Positions 10,140 to 19,871 of a stretch of DNA of 64,000 bases are shown in pieces; positions within the stretch are counted from its first letter, which is position 1, and each line of letters starts with the position of its first letter. The stretch spans positions 7,414 through 71,413 of the forward strand of contig JBATEX010000075.1 of NCBI GenBank assembly GCA_049664225.1, written 5' to 3'. The notes under the pieces are model-generated. The model saw only the letters and a program-made list of their open reading frames with translations. It ran no database searches and had not been told where the DNA came from. This stretch comes from Thermoanaerobaculia bacterium. Its GTDB lineage: Bacteria > Acidobacteriota > Thermoanaerobaculia > Multivoradales > JAHEKO01. The translations under genes and the position numbers were made by a program.

Positions 10140-11888
10140 ATGTGCGGCATCGTAGGCATCGTAGGTAGCACCCCCGAGCCCGAGATCATCGAGCGGATGA
10201 CCCGGCGCCTGACCCACAGGGGTCCAGACCACCAGGAGGTCTGGCGAGCTTCCCGGGCGCATCTAGGACATACCCGACTGGCCATTCTCGACCTGTCGAC
10301 GGCCGGCAACCAACCGATGACCTACGGTGACTACACGATCACCTACAACGGAGAGATCTACAACTTCAGTGAGTTGCGGCGTCGACTGGAAGGTCCGCTT
10401 CACTCCGCCGGAGATACCGAGGTTCTCCTGCACCTCTACGCCCGCGACGGAGCGCGCTGCCTCGATCAGCTTCAGGGGATGTTCTCCTTCGCCGTTTGGG
10501 ATTCACGGCGCCAGCGTCTATTCGCTGCTCGCGACCGTCTTGGAATCAAGCCTTTCTTCTATCGCCAGTTCCCGGGTGGCCTGGCGTTCTCATCTGAGAT
10601 CAAGGCCCTCTTGGAGCTCGGCCAGCCTCCCATCGACCAGACGGCGCTGCGCGACTACCTCACCTACAAGTACATTCCCGAACCCAAGACGGTCTACTCC
10701 GGGATTCGCAGATTGCCGCCGGGCCACAACCTGGCGTGGGATGGCAGCCTCCGGATCCAACGGTACTGGAGCCCCTCGACTGAGACGGTCATCACAGATT
10801 TCTCAGAAGCGGTTCCGCGCCTCGACGATCTGCTTGGAGAGGTCGTCCCCGAACACACCATTTCAGACGTTCCGGTAGCGGTCTTCTTGAGCGGAGGCAT
10901 CGACTCCACGACCGTCGTAGCCCAGCTGGACCGACCCACCACCGTGACCCTTGCAATGGACATCAAGCGCCGGGATGAGGCTCCTGTGGCTCGACTCATC
11001 GCCAATCACTTCGGCACGCTGCACCATGAAGAACAGGCCTCCGCTGTCGACCTGAACGAGGCTCTGGACATCATGCCGGGTGTTTTTGACGAGCCCTTCG
11101 GCGATTCCGGTGCCTGGGCCACCTACCTCGTGTCACGCCTCGCTCGCCGTTACGCGGTCGTGGCTCTCACCGGCGAAGGGGGGGACGAGCTCTTCTGTGG
11201 GTATCACTGGTACAGCAAGTGGTTGACCGACCGCTCGACCTTCGTCAACAGGGCGATGGCGTCCCTCCTGCCGCCTCTGTCCCGGGGCGCTAGATCGGCT
11301 CAGCGTCGGACCGCCACCGGCTTGGAGCGCTATGCAGCCTTCGCGGGACCTTTTACATCACAGCAGCGCAACGCACTGCTTGGGCCCGCTCTCGAAGTCG
11401 CTGATTACGATGACCTGTGGCACTACCGCCGTTTCTGGCGGGAGGATCTAGAGCCGCTGAAAAGGATGCAATGGGCAGACCTCCACACCTACCTGCCGGG
11501 CGACCTGCTCGCCAAGGTCGATCTGTCCAGCATGGCTCACTCCCTGGAGGTTCGGCCTCCTCTTCTCGACCACCGGCTGGTGGAGTTCGCTCTCTCGCTG
11601 GATACCCGCCTGCTGCGGGACGTCGAGGGCAATCGAGGCAAGCTCATCGTGAGACGGTTGATGGACGACCGGATACCGCCAGGGATCTTCGATCGACCCA
11701 AGAGAGGCTTCAATCTACCGGTCGCGGACTGGGTGCGGCACCAACCCGAGCTCCTCACCTCGGCACTCGATCGCCTCGCCGAGCGCGCGATCATCCGGCG
11801 TCCACGGACCTTCAGCTTCACCAACGAGCAGACCTGGACGCTGCTGTTTCTCGACCGCTGGCTCGAGCAGAGCAACGCTCGGTTTTGA
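10140..11888 (+). CDS. asnB: asparagine synthetase (glutamine-hydrolysing)
   Basis: ATG-TGC at 10140 gives the obligatory N-terminal Cys (MCGIVGIVG). Other motifs are LAILDLS, GEIYNFSELR, and the PP-loop FLSGGIDST. Confidence 0.9.
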   Translation: MCGIVGIVGSTPEPEIIERMTRRLTHRGPDHQEVWRASRAHLGHTRLAILDLSTAGNQPMTYGDYTITYNGEIYNFSELRRRLEGPLHSAGDTEVLLHLYARDGARCLDQLQGMFSFAVWDSRRQRLFAARDRLGIKPFFYRQFPGGLAFSSEIKALLELGQPPIDQTALRDYLTYKYIPEPKTVYSGIRRLPPGHNLAWDGSLRIQRYWSPSTETVITDFSEAVPRLDDLLGEVVPEHTISDVPVAVFLSGGIDSTTVVAQLDRPTTVTLAMDIKRRDEAPVARLIANHFGTLHHEEQASAVDLNEALDIMPGVFDEPFGDSGAWATYLVSRLARRYAVVALTGEGGDELFCGYHWYSKWLTDRSTFVNRAMASLLPPLSRGARSAQRRTATGLERYAAFAGPFTSQQRNALLGPALEVADYDDLWHYRRFWREDLEPLKRMQWADLHTYLPGDLLAKVDLSSMAHSLEVRPPLLDHRLVEFALSLDTRLLRDVEGNRGKLIVRRLMDDRIPPGIFDRPKRGFNLPVADWVRHQPELLTSALDRLAERAIIRRPRTFSFTNEQTWTLLFLDRWLEQSNARF

Positions 11889-11903
11889 TGGCCTGGGACG
11901 AGC

Positions 11904-13184
11904 TCAAATCTCTGGCGAACCACCAGCAGGGCCCTTCGAGACAGAGGCCTCGTCGGCAGTCTCATGTCTGCGGATTCCAGGCAGGCAACAGGGCACGGCA
12001 AGCAGAAAGAGCATCCACCGTTGGACCTCGGTGTCGCGCCAATTCGCCTCGAAGATGCCCGCGAAGTTGAACGCGATCAATGTCAGCAGTGTTCCCATGT
12101 AGAGATCCGCTCTGGGCCCTGAGAGACCTCCATCTCTCTTGAGCCCCCGATAACTCAGAATCGCCGCCGCAACCATCAGCCAAAGATAGGCCGCTACTGT
12201 CAGCAGACCTCGCTCGGCTCCCAACTGCATCAGCGTGTTGTGCAGGTGCATCACGTGCGAGCGAGTCGAGGTGGGGTGTCTGTAGATCGGGTAGTAGTAC
12301 TCCACCATCCCTGGGCCGATTCCAAACAGCGGAGCATCCTCAATCATGTTAACCCCGGCATAGGCCATGCACAAGCGGTCGTAATTCGACGGATCCTCGA
12401 GGCTGGCTATCGAGCGCAAGCGCGACCAATGCTCGGGCGCAACGCTGGCGGTAAACGCGAGAAGCAAGAGAACGCTAGCCACGTAGACCCACAGCAATCG
12501 GCGGAATCTGAGCAGCCAGGCGATCGTCAAGACCATGAATGCGGCGAGCCACGCATGGCGGGTTAGCGTGAGGACCATGGCTACAAGGATCGGGATCAGG
12601 ATCAGCCATAGCCGCAACTGCGTGTTCGCAGTCCCGGCCACGATCCGCGCCAGCACCAGGCAGCTGCCGACCAGCAGGATCCCCGAATAGGTCATGTAGT
12701 GGGAGAAGGCACCCGGAATTCGGTTATCCAGACCGCCATAGTCGGTCAGCAGATATTGACCGATTCCCAGGATCGCCAGACCGAGGGTGACCCAGATCAA
12801 GATATCGAACAGTAGCCGGACCTGCCGCTCCCCCCGTACCAGCAGGAAAGCCAGGGGCAGCGTAGTGAGCCCGATCAAACCTCGAAGGTGCCAGGCACTC
12901 TCCGGCACCTTGTACGAGGTCAGCACCGACACCACGAACACAGCCGAATAGAGCGCGAATGGCTTGAGCAGTCGGTCCATTCCCGTTGCATAGAACGTCT
13001 CGGAGGAGGGCCGCACTCGCTGCCAGCGGATCATCGCCCACAACAGCGCCAGACCCTGAAGCGCATTCGACAGCGCCAGGCCCCAGATCGTGGCGAGGTG
13101 GAGGGTGTAGAACCAATAGCCGGCGCCCGGTCTCGGCGTTACTTCCGAGTCGGTCCAGGGTAGACGGAATCGTTGAGCCGGCAT
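11904..13184 (-). CDS. O-antigen ligase/polymerase-like (Wzy_C family) membrane protein
   Basis: 426 aa with about 10-12 TMs. The LTLTRHAWLAAFMVL segment precedes a larger loop, as in WaaL/Wzy_C proteins. It is convergent with asnB. Confidence 0.6.
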   Translation of the reverse strand: MPAQRFRLPWTDSEVTPRPGAGYWFYTLHLATIWGLALSNALQGLALLWAMIRWQRVRPSSETFYATGMDRLLKPFALYSAVFVVSVLTSYKVPESAWHLRGLIGLTTLPLAFLLVRGERQVRLLFDILIWVTLGLAILGIGQYLLTDYGGLDNRIPGAFSHYMTYSGILLVGSCLVLARIVAGTANTQLRLWLILIPILVAMVLTLTRHAWLAAFMVLTIAWLLRFRRLLWVYVASVLLLLAFTASVAPEHWSRLRSIASLEDPSNYDRLCMAYAGVNMIEDAPLFGIGPGMVEYYYPIYRHPTSTRSHVMHLHNTLMQLGAERGLLTVAAYLWLMVAAAILSYRGLKRDGGLSGPRADLYMGTLLTLIAFNFAGIFEANWRDTEVQRWMLFLLAVPCCLPGIRRHETADEASVSKGPAGGSPEI

Positions 13185-13311
13185 CGAAGGATCCAGACGG
13201 GGAGCAGACCGCGCCAGACGCTGAGCGATCTCAGCGTCTGGCGCGCTAGTTTACCCTTTCAGGGAGTTCCCGAGGCCCATTCTGGTGAGCCTTCGAAAGC
13301 CGCTTCCCGAA

Positions 13312-14406
13312 TCAGAACATGAAGATCTGTAGCTGTAGCAGCCACTGACTGCGACTGGGTTGGTTGTCGGTCCTGATATCGGTGTAGGAGAACTTCAGGC
13401 TTCGATTGAAGCCCTTCATGTAGTAGCCGAGCCCCGCACCCAGGCGGCTCTGGTCGTCGAGCTCCTCTTCGTCCCTATCCAGGGCGTAGTAGGTGACGAA
13501 CGGCTGGATCTTGAATCGGTCCCAGTAGAAACCTGCCTCTACCTGTAGAGTTTCCTTCAAGGAAAGCTCGGGAAAGACCTCCCCGCCGTCGTACCGAATC
13601 CCACCCAGCTGCAGGGTGAGCCCATTGCCATTCCCGACGGGCTGGTCGTAGAACAGGTCGAGTGCATAGGCGTCGTAGCTCTCCTGATGATCGACGCCCG
13701 CTCCGAGCGCCAGGATGCGCTTCTTCCCCAGAGTGGTGCCGGCGTAGTAGAAGCCCTTGTCGACTTCGAAGGGGTAGAAAACAACCCGCCCGACGTAGCG
13801 GAACCCGTTCTCCGAAGTCTCGCCCCGCTCGCCCTGATAGACGCCTGCCCGATACTCGAAGTGGTCATTGGCCAGGAAGCCCCGCAGCTGGACACCGTAG
13901 TCTCGGCCGACCCTGGAATCTGTCGGGCCGGAGTTGAGGAAGGAGTACGCCGCGTAGTCTGCAGGCAGCAAGGTCGCCGCTGACTGTTGGGAGTTGTGCG
14001 ACAAGGGAATGAGGATCGCTCCGACATCGACCTTGAATGCGTTGCTGTGGTTGTAGGTGACGAAGAAGTCCTGGATATAGACATCGGCCGCGACCTTGTC
14101 GCCTGACTCGGTGCCCTTGCCCAGGTTTGGGCTGTCGGTCTCGAAGAAGAAGCTCCATTTCTTCGAGATGTTGCCGCCGAAGAGAATCCTCAGACGACGG
14201 AAATAGAGATCCTGACTGGTGCCATCGCCGTCGATCCTGTCCTGGATCTCACCTCGCGCTTGCATCAGAAAGCCGAACTTGATGGAGGTGTCGCCATCGG
14301 CCGACTCGATCTTCCATTCCGCCTCAAGGACTGCGCTGCAGACCATGGAGACGAACACAGCCCACGCCACAATAGTCGAGATACCGGATTTGTCGCACCG
14401 CCTCAT
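13312..14406 (-). CDS. outer-membrane porin (phosphate-selective porin O/P-like)
   Basis: ORF 13312..14454. I moved the start to ATG 14406, which has a GAGGAGAG RBS. It has a signal sequence, an alternating beta-strand pattern and a terminal ...LQLQIFMF with C-terminal Phe. Confidence 0.55.
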   Translation of the reverse strand: MRRCDKSGISTIVAWAVFVSMVCSAVLEAEWKIESADGDTSIKFGFLMQARGEIQDRIDGDGTSQDLYFRRLRILFGGNISKKWSFFFETDSPNLGKGTESGDKVAADVYIQDFFVTYNHSNAFKVDVGAILIPLSHNSQQSAATLLPADYAAYSFLNSGPTDSRVGRDYGVQLRGFLANDHFEYRAGVYQGERGETSENGFRYVGRVVFYPFEVDKGFYYAGTTLGKKRILALGAGVDHQESYDAYALDLFYDQPVGNGNGLTLQLGGIRYDGGEVFPELSLKETLQVEAGFYWDRFKIQPFVTYYALDRDEEELDDQSRLGAGLGYYMKGFNRSLKFSYTDIRTDNQPSRSQWLLQLQIFMF

Positions 14407-14580
14407 TCGTCTCTCCTCTTTAGATCGGAATCTGGAGCCACCGCCCTCGCCCACTCTCGCTGGCTCACTGTGGGTTCTTCAATCCTCGAAGGTACGAGAC
14501 TCCGAAACAACACCCGATCTGATGGGTCGGTACCCACTCCTAAGGGTGGGAGTCGCTCAACACTTGCGCGAAGCCCCTAA

Positions 14581-14755
14581 CCCGCATTATTCATGAGCCC
14601 CACGGCATCTAGCGGAGATCGCCCGCCATCTCAGGCCGTCCTCGCTCGTCGCTCCTCAACAACCTGCAAGGTTGCCTCCGGTGCTCCTCCCTGCGGGTGA
14701 CCAGATCTAACAGACGCTTTCCACAATCTGCTCGCGGCGTCATGAATAATGCGGG
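14581..14755. repeat. perfect 16-nt inverted repeat pair separated by 143 nt
   Basis: CCCGCATTATTCATGA at 14581-14596 and TCATGAATAATGCGGG at 14740-14755. The arms are AT-rich in a GC-rich divergent intergenic region between the porin and PQQ dehydrogenase genes. Confidence 0.9.
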
Positions 14756-14863
14756 CTCACTGACGATCCAGCCATATTGGTGCTATGGTCCCGGCTTCGG
14801 CTGCACATCCAGCCTCGCACCGCCCCGCGAAACTCGAATCGTCGACTTACCGGGAGCCGAGAA

Positions 14864-16135
14864 ATGACCTGTCGAATGTCGCGCTCTCTTACCTTGCTAA
14901 ATCTCCTGCTCTGGTCTCTGGCGGTCGTCTTCGCTCCCGAGGCCCTACATGCCGACGCCCCAGACGACCTCGACCTGGAGACGATCGCCAGCGGCCTTGT
15001 TCGACCCGTTGCCATTCGCCATTCCGGAGATGGCTCTGGACGCCTCTTCGTCGTCGAGCAGGCAGGCAAGATCCGGGTCTTGAAAGGGGGACAGGTACTC
15101 GCCGACCCCTTCCTGGATATCGAAGATCTCGTCCAGGACGACGCCAACGAGGAAGGGCTCCTCGGACTCGCCTTCCACCCCGACTTCGCCAACAACGGCT
15201 ACTTCTTCGTCAACTACACCCACAATCCTCCAACAGCAAAGGACCGCACAATCGTCGCCCGCTACGCTGTGTCAGCTAACGATCCAGATCTTGCGGATCC
15301 AGCCTCCGCAACCATCCTCCTCGAGATCGAGCAGGACTTCAGCAATCACAATGGCGGCAACATCCTCTTCGGACCCGACGGCTATCTCTACATTGGCATG
15401 GGTGATGGAGGCTCTTCGAACGACCCGAACGAGCGGTCCCAAGACCCCGGCACACTGCTCGGAAAAATGCTCCGCATTGATGTCGACGGCATGCCGCCCG
15501 CCGAGCCCAACGACCTTTGTGGCTTGAAGGCGGCCTACGGGATTCCGCCCGACAACCCGTACATCGGTGGCTCTGGTGATTGCGACGAGATCTGGGGGCT
15601 GGGTTTACGCAATCCCTGGCGCTGGAGCTTCGACCGCTACACGGGCGACATGTTCATCGGCGACGTGGGTCAGAACGCCATCGAGGAAATCGACTTGGAG
15701 CCCTGGCCGAGTGCGGGCGGCATGAACTGGGGCTGGGATTGCTTCGAAGCGGGAACTGCCAACCCCAACGATCCGTCCCCCCTCTGTGGTGCAGCCCACC
15801 TGTACGATTTTCCCATCCTCGAGTACGCCCATTCTCTGGGCTGCTCGGTGACGGGTGGCTATCGATATCGTGGGCAGTCGATCGTCGGCTTGGCAGGTAC
15901 CTACATCTTCGGCGACTACTGCAGCGGGCGTATTTGGCTCGGCACACAGAGGTCGGATGGCGGATGGACGCAGTCCCTATGGCGCACCACATCCCATTCC
16001 ATCAGCGCCTTCGGGGAAGACGAGTCCGGCGAGCTCTATCTGGTGGACCTCGGGGGAACGATTCTCCGTTTCATCAGCGCCAGCTCCATCTTTGCGGACG
16101 GATTCGAGTCGGGCAACACGGCCGAATGGCCCTGA
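14864..16135 (+). CDS. PQQ-dependent sugar (glucose/sorbosone) dehydrogenase, secreted
   Basis: ORF 14777..16135. The start is ATG 14864, with GGGAG 7 nt upstream. It has a signal peptide, HNGGNILFGPDGYLYIGMGDGGSSNDP and GLRNPWRWSFD. Confidence 0.85.
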   Translation: MTCRMSRSLTLLNLLLWSLAVVFAPEALHADAPDDLDLETIASGLVRPVAIRHSGDGSGRLFVVEQAGKIRVLKGGQVLADPFLDIEDLVQDDANEEGLLGLAFHPDFANNGYFFVNYTHNPPTAKDRTIVARYAVSANDPDLADPASATILLEIEQDFSNHNGGNILFGPDGYLYIGMGDGGSSNDPNERSQDPGTLLGKMLRIDVDGMPPAEPNDLCGLKAAYGIPPDNPYIGGSGDCDEIWGLGLRNPWRWSFDRYTGDMFIGDVGQNAIEEIDLEPWPSAGGMNWGWDCFEAGTANPNDPSPLCGAAHLYDFPILEYAHSLGCSVTGGYRYRGQSIVGLAGTYIFGDYCSGRIWLGTQRSDGGWTQSLWRTTSHSISAFGEDESGELYLVDLGGTILRFISASSIFADGFESGNTAEWP

Positions 16136-16184
16136 GACTCGCCCTTCCGCGACTCTACACTCCCGGAACTGCGGTCGACGGGGC

Positions 16185-16601
16185 CTAACGGCTGACTTCG
16201 CCTCGCAGCTTCAGGACCCAGTCGGCAAGTTCTTTGACCTGCTTAGCATCGAGCCTTTGAATGGATGCAGGATGGAGCTCCACCAGACCCTGGCGCAACG
16301 TCTCCTGAATTGCCACACTGTCCCCCCCACCATACTTCCAGAAGCTATCTGTGAGATCCGCTTTGGGGTTGCCCATGTACCTGATGGTGTGGCCAGCGCC
16401 GTTGAGCCCATGGCAGTCCGCGCAGTACTCGCGGTAGAGCTTCTCACCTGCCGACCTCTTCGGTAGCACTTTACTGCACCCGAGCCCGACGAGGAGGGCC
16501 CCGAAAAGGAGCAAGAAAAGGAGAGGGAGCGCCAATGGAAGTGCCCGCGATCCGAGACTGCGCACAATGTTTCGAGTCTGCCTCATTTCTCCCCCGATCA
16601 C
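16185..16601 (-). CDS. membrane-anchored mono-haem cytochrome c
   Basis: 138 aa. It has an N-terminal TM and the motif LYREYCADCHGLNGAGH (CxxCH). Confidence 0.75.
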   Translation of the reverse strand: MIGGEMRQTRNIVRSLGSRALPLALPLLFLLLFGALLVGLGCSKVLPKRSAGEKLYREYCADCHGLNGAGHTIRYMGNPKADLTDSFWKYGGGDSVAIQETLRQGLVELHPASIQRLDAKQVKELADWVLKLRGEVSR

Positions 16602-16696
16602 GCGAGTGAGCTATTTCATAGCCAAGCAGGAGACCGCTGCTCACACTGGGAACTGGCTGACGACAACTTGCACTGCCAAATCCTACGAGGTGGTTC

Positions 16697-17095
16697 ATGA
16701 TTTTGGAAGAGCAGACGCGCAAGACCGAGGAGCTCCCCCCTGCTGATTCACGGCAGGCACTGCGTGCCCCCATTTTGGTTCTGCAGGCAGAGGTTACCGA
16801 TGGACACAAGAGCTTCTTCGGTTACGCCAAGGACCTGAGCAAGAGCGGCATGATGATCGGCACCATCAACCCACGTGAGCCCGGCAGCCAGTTCTGGGTC
16901 GAGTTCTCGCTACCCGAGCCGATCAATCGAGTCGCCAAGTGCCACTGCGAAGTCGTCTGGCAGCGTCGTTACTCTCGTGAGCATCAATACGACCCGGGAA
17001 TGGGGCTCCGCTTTCTCGATCTACCTGCCGACATGGCCGAGGCCATCGACGAGTGGATACACGAATTGGCAAGGCAGGAACTGCTCCTTTCCTGA
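16697..17095 (+). CDS. PilZ-domain protein
   Basis: 132 aa. It shows RQALRAPILV...GYAKDLSKSGMMI, which is the RxxxR / DxSxxG c-di-GMP-binding layout. Confidence 0.7.
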   Translation: MILEEQTRKTEELPPADSRQALRAPILVLQAEVTDGHKSFFGYAKDLSKSGMMIGTINPREPGSQFWVEFSLPEPINRVAKCHCEVVWQRRYSREHQYDPGMGLRFLDLPADMAEAIDEWIHELARQELLLS

Positions 17096-17130
17096 TTGCC
17101 AGGTTTTTCGCAGACTCTGGTTGCCATCCG

Positions 17131-17157
17131 GCCCAGGACCCAAGCCCCAGGACCAGA
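17131..17157. repeat. 8-nt-period GGACCCNA-type repeat (about 3 units)
   Basis: gcccaggacccaagccccaggaccaga lies between the convergent PilZ and ParA-like genes. The same motif family occurs at 27351-27374 and, reverse-complemented, at 55051-55105. Confidence 0.7.
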
Positions 17158-17193
17158 AGTGAGTCCGTATCGAACGATGCGGAATCTCTGCGT

Positions 17194-17967
17194 TCAGATC
17201 GCGCCCTTTTTCCGCAAGCGGCGGATGACCTCCCCGCCCAGTTGGCTATAAGCCCTGGCTCCTGACGACCATCCCTCGTAGCCATAGATGGAGATTCCGT
17301 ACCCTGGAGCCTCGGCGAGACGGACGTTTATGGGAATCTCCGTCTGAAAGACCTCCCTGCCTAGCGCTCTTCGAATGGCTTCGACGACAGCGTCGGTCAC
17401 CGAAGTGCGGTGATCCACCATCGTCAGCAGAACTCCTAGAAGGTCGGGCAGCCCGCGCACACTGCGGCCAAGGGTCTCGAGGCCCATGAAGAAGTGATTC
17501 ATCGCCTCCATGTCCAGGTCGTGAGGCACCACAGGAAGGATGTAGAAATCCGCCGCCACCAGCCCGTTGACGGTGAGAATCGACAGGCCGGGGGGGCAGT
17601 CGACGAGGATGAAGTCATACCGACGCCGCAGGGGCCTCAACGCCCTCTTCAACCGCTGCTCCGGGTGCATCTTTCTCGCCAGAGCGAGATCGGCCCCGGC
17701 CAACTTCATGGATCCGGGAATGAGGTCGAGGCCTTGCACACCGGTTCCCACGATCACATTGCTGATCGGCTGCTCCCCGACCAGGAGATCTACGCTCGAG
17801 AAGTCCGCTTGGTCGGTGTCGACGCCGAGTGAATAGCTGGCCGAGCCCTGAGGGTCGAGATCGACCAACAAAACCCGCAGTCCACTGCCCGCGAATCCCG
17901 CTCCCAGATTGACCGCGGTGGTGGTCTTTCCGACGCCACCCTTCACATTGACCAGAGAAATGACCAT
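17194..17967 (-). CDS. ParA/MinD-family P-loop ATPase
   Basis: ORF 17194..18000. The start is ATG 17967, with GAGGGG 6 nt upstream. It shows MVISLVNVKGGVGKTTTAVNLG, the deviant Walker A. Confidence 0.85.
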   Translation of the reverse strand: MVISLVNVKGGVGKTTTAVNLGAGFAGSGLRVLLVDLDPQGSASYSLGVDTDQADFSSVDLLVGEQPISNVIVGTGVQGLDLIPGSMKLAGADLALARKMHPEQRLKRALRPLRRRYDFILVDCPPGLSILTVNGLVAADFYILPVVPHDLDMEAMNHFFMGLETLGRSVRGLPDLLGVLLTMVDHRTSVTDAVVEAIRRALGREVFQTEIPINVRLAEAPGYGISIYGYEGWSSGARAYSQLGGEVIRRLRKKGAI

Positions 17968-18210
17968 TGTCTGCCCCTCGCTTGGAAGTTTTGAATTCAA
18001 TGCTGAACTACGGCTCGGCCCGAGGGAAACATTCTATCGTTTTGCCCCGGTTTCGTCTGCTTGTCCGCGGTGCTCCCGAACGTCGCTCGGAACCCTCTTC
18101 GAGTCCGAATCAGTGAGGTAGACTGCCGCGCGTAGTCGTCGCGACCTGTACGACCCCGCGCCACTTGAAACCCTCATGCATCATGTGGGTGCTTGATTGG
18201 GAGAACCGCA

Positions 18211-19827
18211 ATGCGACGAAGCACCACTCTTCTCGCCGGCACCATCCTTCTGCTGACCCGCACCCTGTGGGCTGACGAGCCCATCGATTGGGAGATGGTC
18301 AACCGAATCCGCGACGAGGGGATCAACCGCTCGCAGGTCATGGACACGCTGCAGTACCTTACCGACCGGATCGGTCCCCGGCTGACCGGCTCGCCGGCTC
18401 TCGTGGAGGCCAACGAGTGGACGCTCCAGAAACTACAAGAATGGGGTCTGAAGAATGGTCGCCTGGAGGAGTGGGGCCCCTTCGGACGTGGCTGGTCCTT
18501 CAGTCGCTCCGCGGTACACATGATCCAGCCTCGGCAGACTCCGTTGATGGCTCTGCCCAAAGCGTGGACCCCGGGAACCAGCGGCCCTGTTCGCGGCCGA
18601 GCGTTCAAAGTAACGCTCGAAACGGAGGATGACCTCGATCAGTATCGTGGCGGGCTGCAGGGCAAGGTCCTCTTCGTCAGCGACAGCCGAGAGATCACGG
18701 CTCCAGAGCAGGCCGAGTTTGCTCGCCTCTCCCCAACCGAGCTCGAGGAGATGGAACACTTCAGCTTTCCCTCCGGTCGGGTCGAGAAATGGCTCGAGGA
18801 AGCCAGAGAACAACTGCAGCTGCGTCGAGCCTTGAACGATTTTCTGATCAAGGAAGGCGCGGTTGCCGTGGTGGACATCAGCTCGCGTGACGGCGGCACG
18901 CTGCGCCTCGGCAGCGCGGGCTCTCGAGAGCCAGGTGCAAGTGTCGGCCTACCGACGATCGCGATAGCCACCGAGCAGTACAACTGGATACTGCGGCTGC
19001 TGGAAGAGGAACAGGACGTCGAGCTCGAGATCGACATCGAGGCTCAGTTCTACGATGACAGCCTCATGGTCTACAACACGATTGCCGAGATTCCGGGAAC
19101 CGACAAAGCAGACGAAGTAGTCCTGCTGGGAGCCCATCTCGATTCCTGGCATCCAGGCACCGGATCGAATGACAACGGCACCGGTACAGCCGTGGTCATG
19201 GAAGCGGTGAGAATCCTGACAGCCCTGGGCGTAAGGCCACGTCGCACCATTCGGGTCGGGCTTTGGGCCGGTGAAGAGCAGGGTCTTCTGGGGTCTCGCG
19301 CCCACGTCGAGAAACACTACGCCTCCCGACCCGACTCCAAGATCCCCGACCAGCAGGAGTTCCCGGCTCACCTGCGGACACTTGGCTGGCCCATCACACC
19401 CAAGCCCGATCACGCCAAGCTTTCGGGGTACTTCAACCTCGACAACGGCAGTGGCAAGATTCGCGGCATCTATACCCAGGGCAACGCGGCGGTGGCGCAA
19501 GTGTTCGAAGAGTGGCTCAAGCCCTTTCGTGACATGGGCGCCGATACCGTTACCAACCGCAACACCGGCGGCACTGACCACGTTGCTTTCGACGCCGTCG
19601 GTCTACCCGGCTTCCAGTTCATCCAGGATGACCTCGACTACTACCCTCGCACCCACCACTCCAACTGGGATGTCTTCGACCACGCTCGGCGCGAGGACCT
19701 CGTACAGGCCTCAGTGGTCATGGCCTCCTTCGCCTATCACGCCGCCATGCGCGACGAGATGCTGCCGCGCAAGCCCCTGCCCCAGAGACCACCCGAAGGC
19801 GCGATGGAAGACGATGAGAAGGACTAG
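18211..19827 (+). CDS. M28-family aminopeptidase, secreted
   Basis: The start is ATG 18211, with a GGGAGA RBS. It has a signal peptide and the zinc-ligand block LGAHLDSWHPGTGSNDNGTGTAVVMEA. Confidence 0.85.
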   Translation: MRRSTTLLAGTILLLTRTLWADEPIDWEMVNRIRDEGINRSQVMDTLQYLTDRIGPRLTGSPALVEANEWTLQKLQEWGLKNGRLEEWGPFGRGWSFSRSAVHMIQPRQTPLMALPKAWTPGTSGPVRGRAFKVTLETEDDLDQYRGGLQGKVLFVSDSREITAPEQAEFARLSPTELEEMEHFSFPSGRVEKWLEEAREQLQLRRALNDFLIKEGAVAVVDISSRDGGTLRLGSAGSREPGASVGLPTIAIATEQYNWILRLLEEEQDVELEIDIEAQFYDDSLMVYNTIAEIPGTDKADEVVLLGAHLDSWHPGTGSNDNGTGTAVVMEAVRILTALGVRPRRTIRVGLWAGEEQGLLGSRAHVEKHYASRPDSKIPDQQEFPAHLRTLGWPITPKPDHAKLSGYFNLDNGSGKIRGIYTQGNAAVAQVFEEWLKPFRDMGADTVTNRNTGGTDHVAFDAVGLPGFQFIQDDLDYYPRTHHSNWDVFDHARREDLVQASVVMASFAYHAAMRDEMLPRKPLPQRPPEGAMEDDEKD

Positions 19828-19871
19828 GTGCTGGGGTGCGCCCAGGGACCATCGCGTAGCATGAGAGCCCC

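Noticed and set aside
9975-10262. N-terminal 96-codon extension of the sulfatase-family ORF
   Set aside because: The extension would overlap the asnB start and promoter, and it lacks membrane or signal features. The internal ATG 9974 begins directly with the first TM helix.
14597-14739. Riboswitch or known small RNA between the 16-nt inverted repeats
   Set aside because: I could not match the interior to any conserved RNA core I know (SRP, 6S, tmRNA, common riboswitches). A covariance-model scan is needed.
16697-17967. PilZ plus ParA-like ATPase as a functional two-gene system
   Set aside because: The genes are convergent and are not co-transcribed. Both are common stand-alone families.
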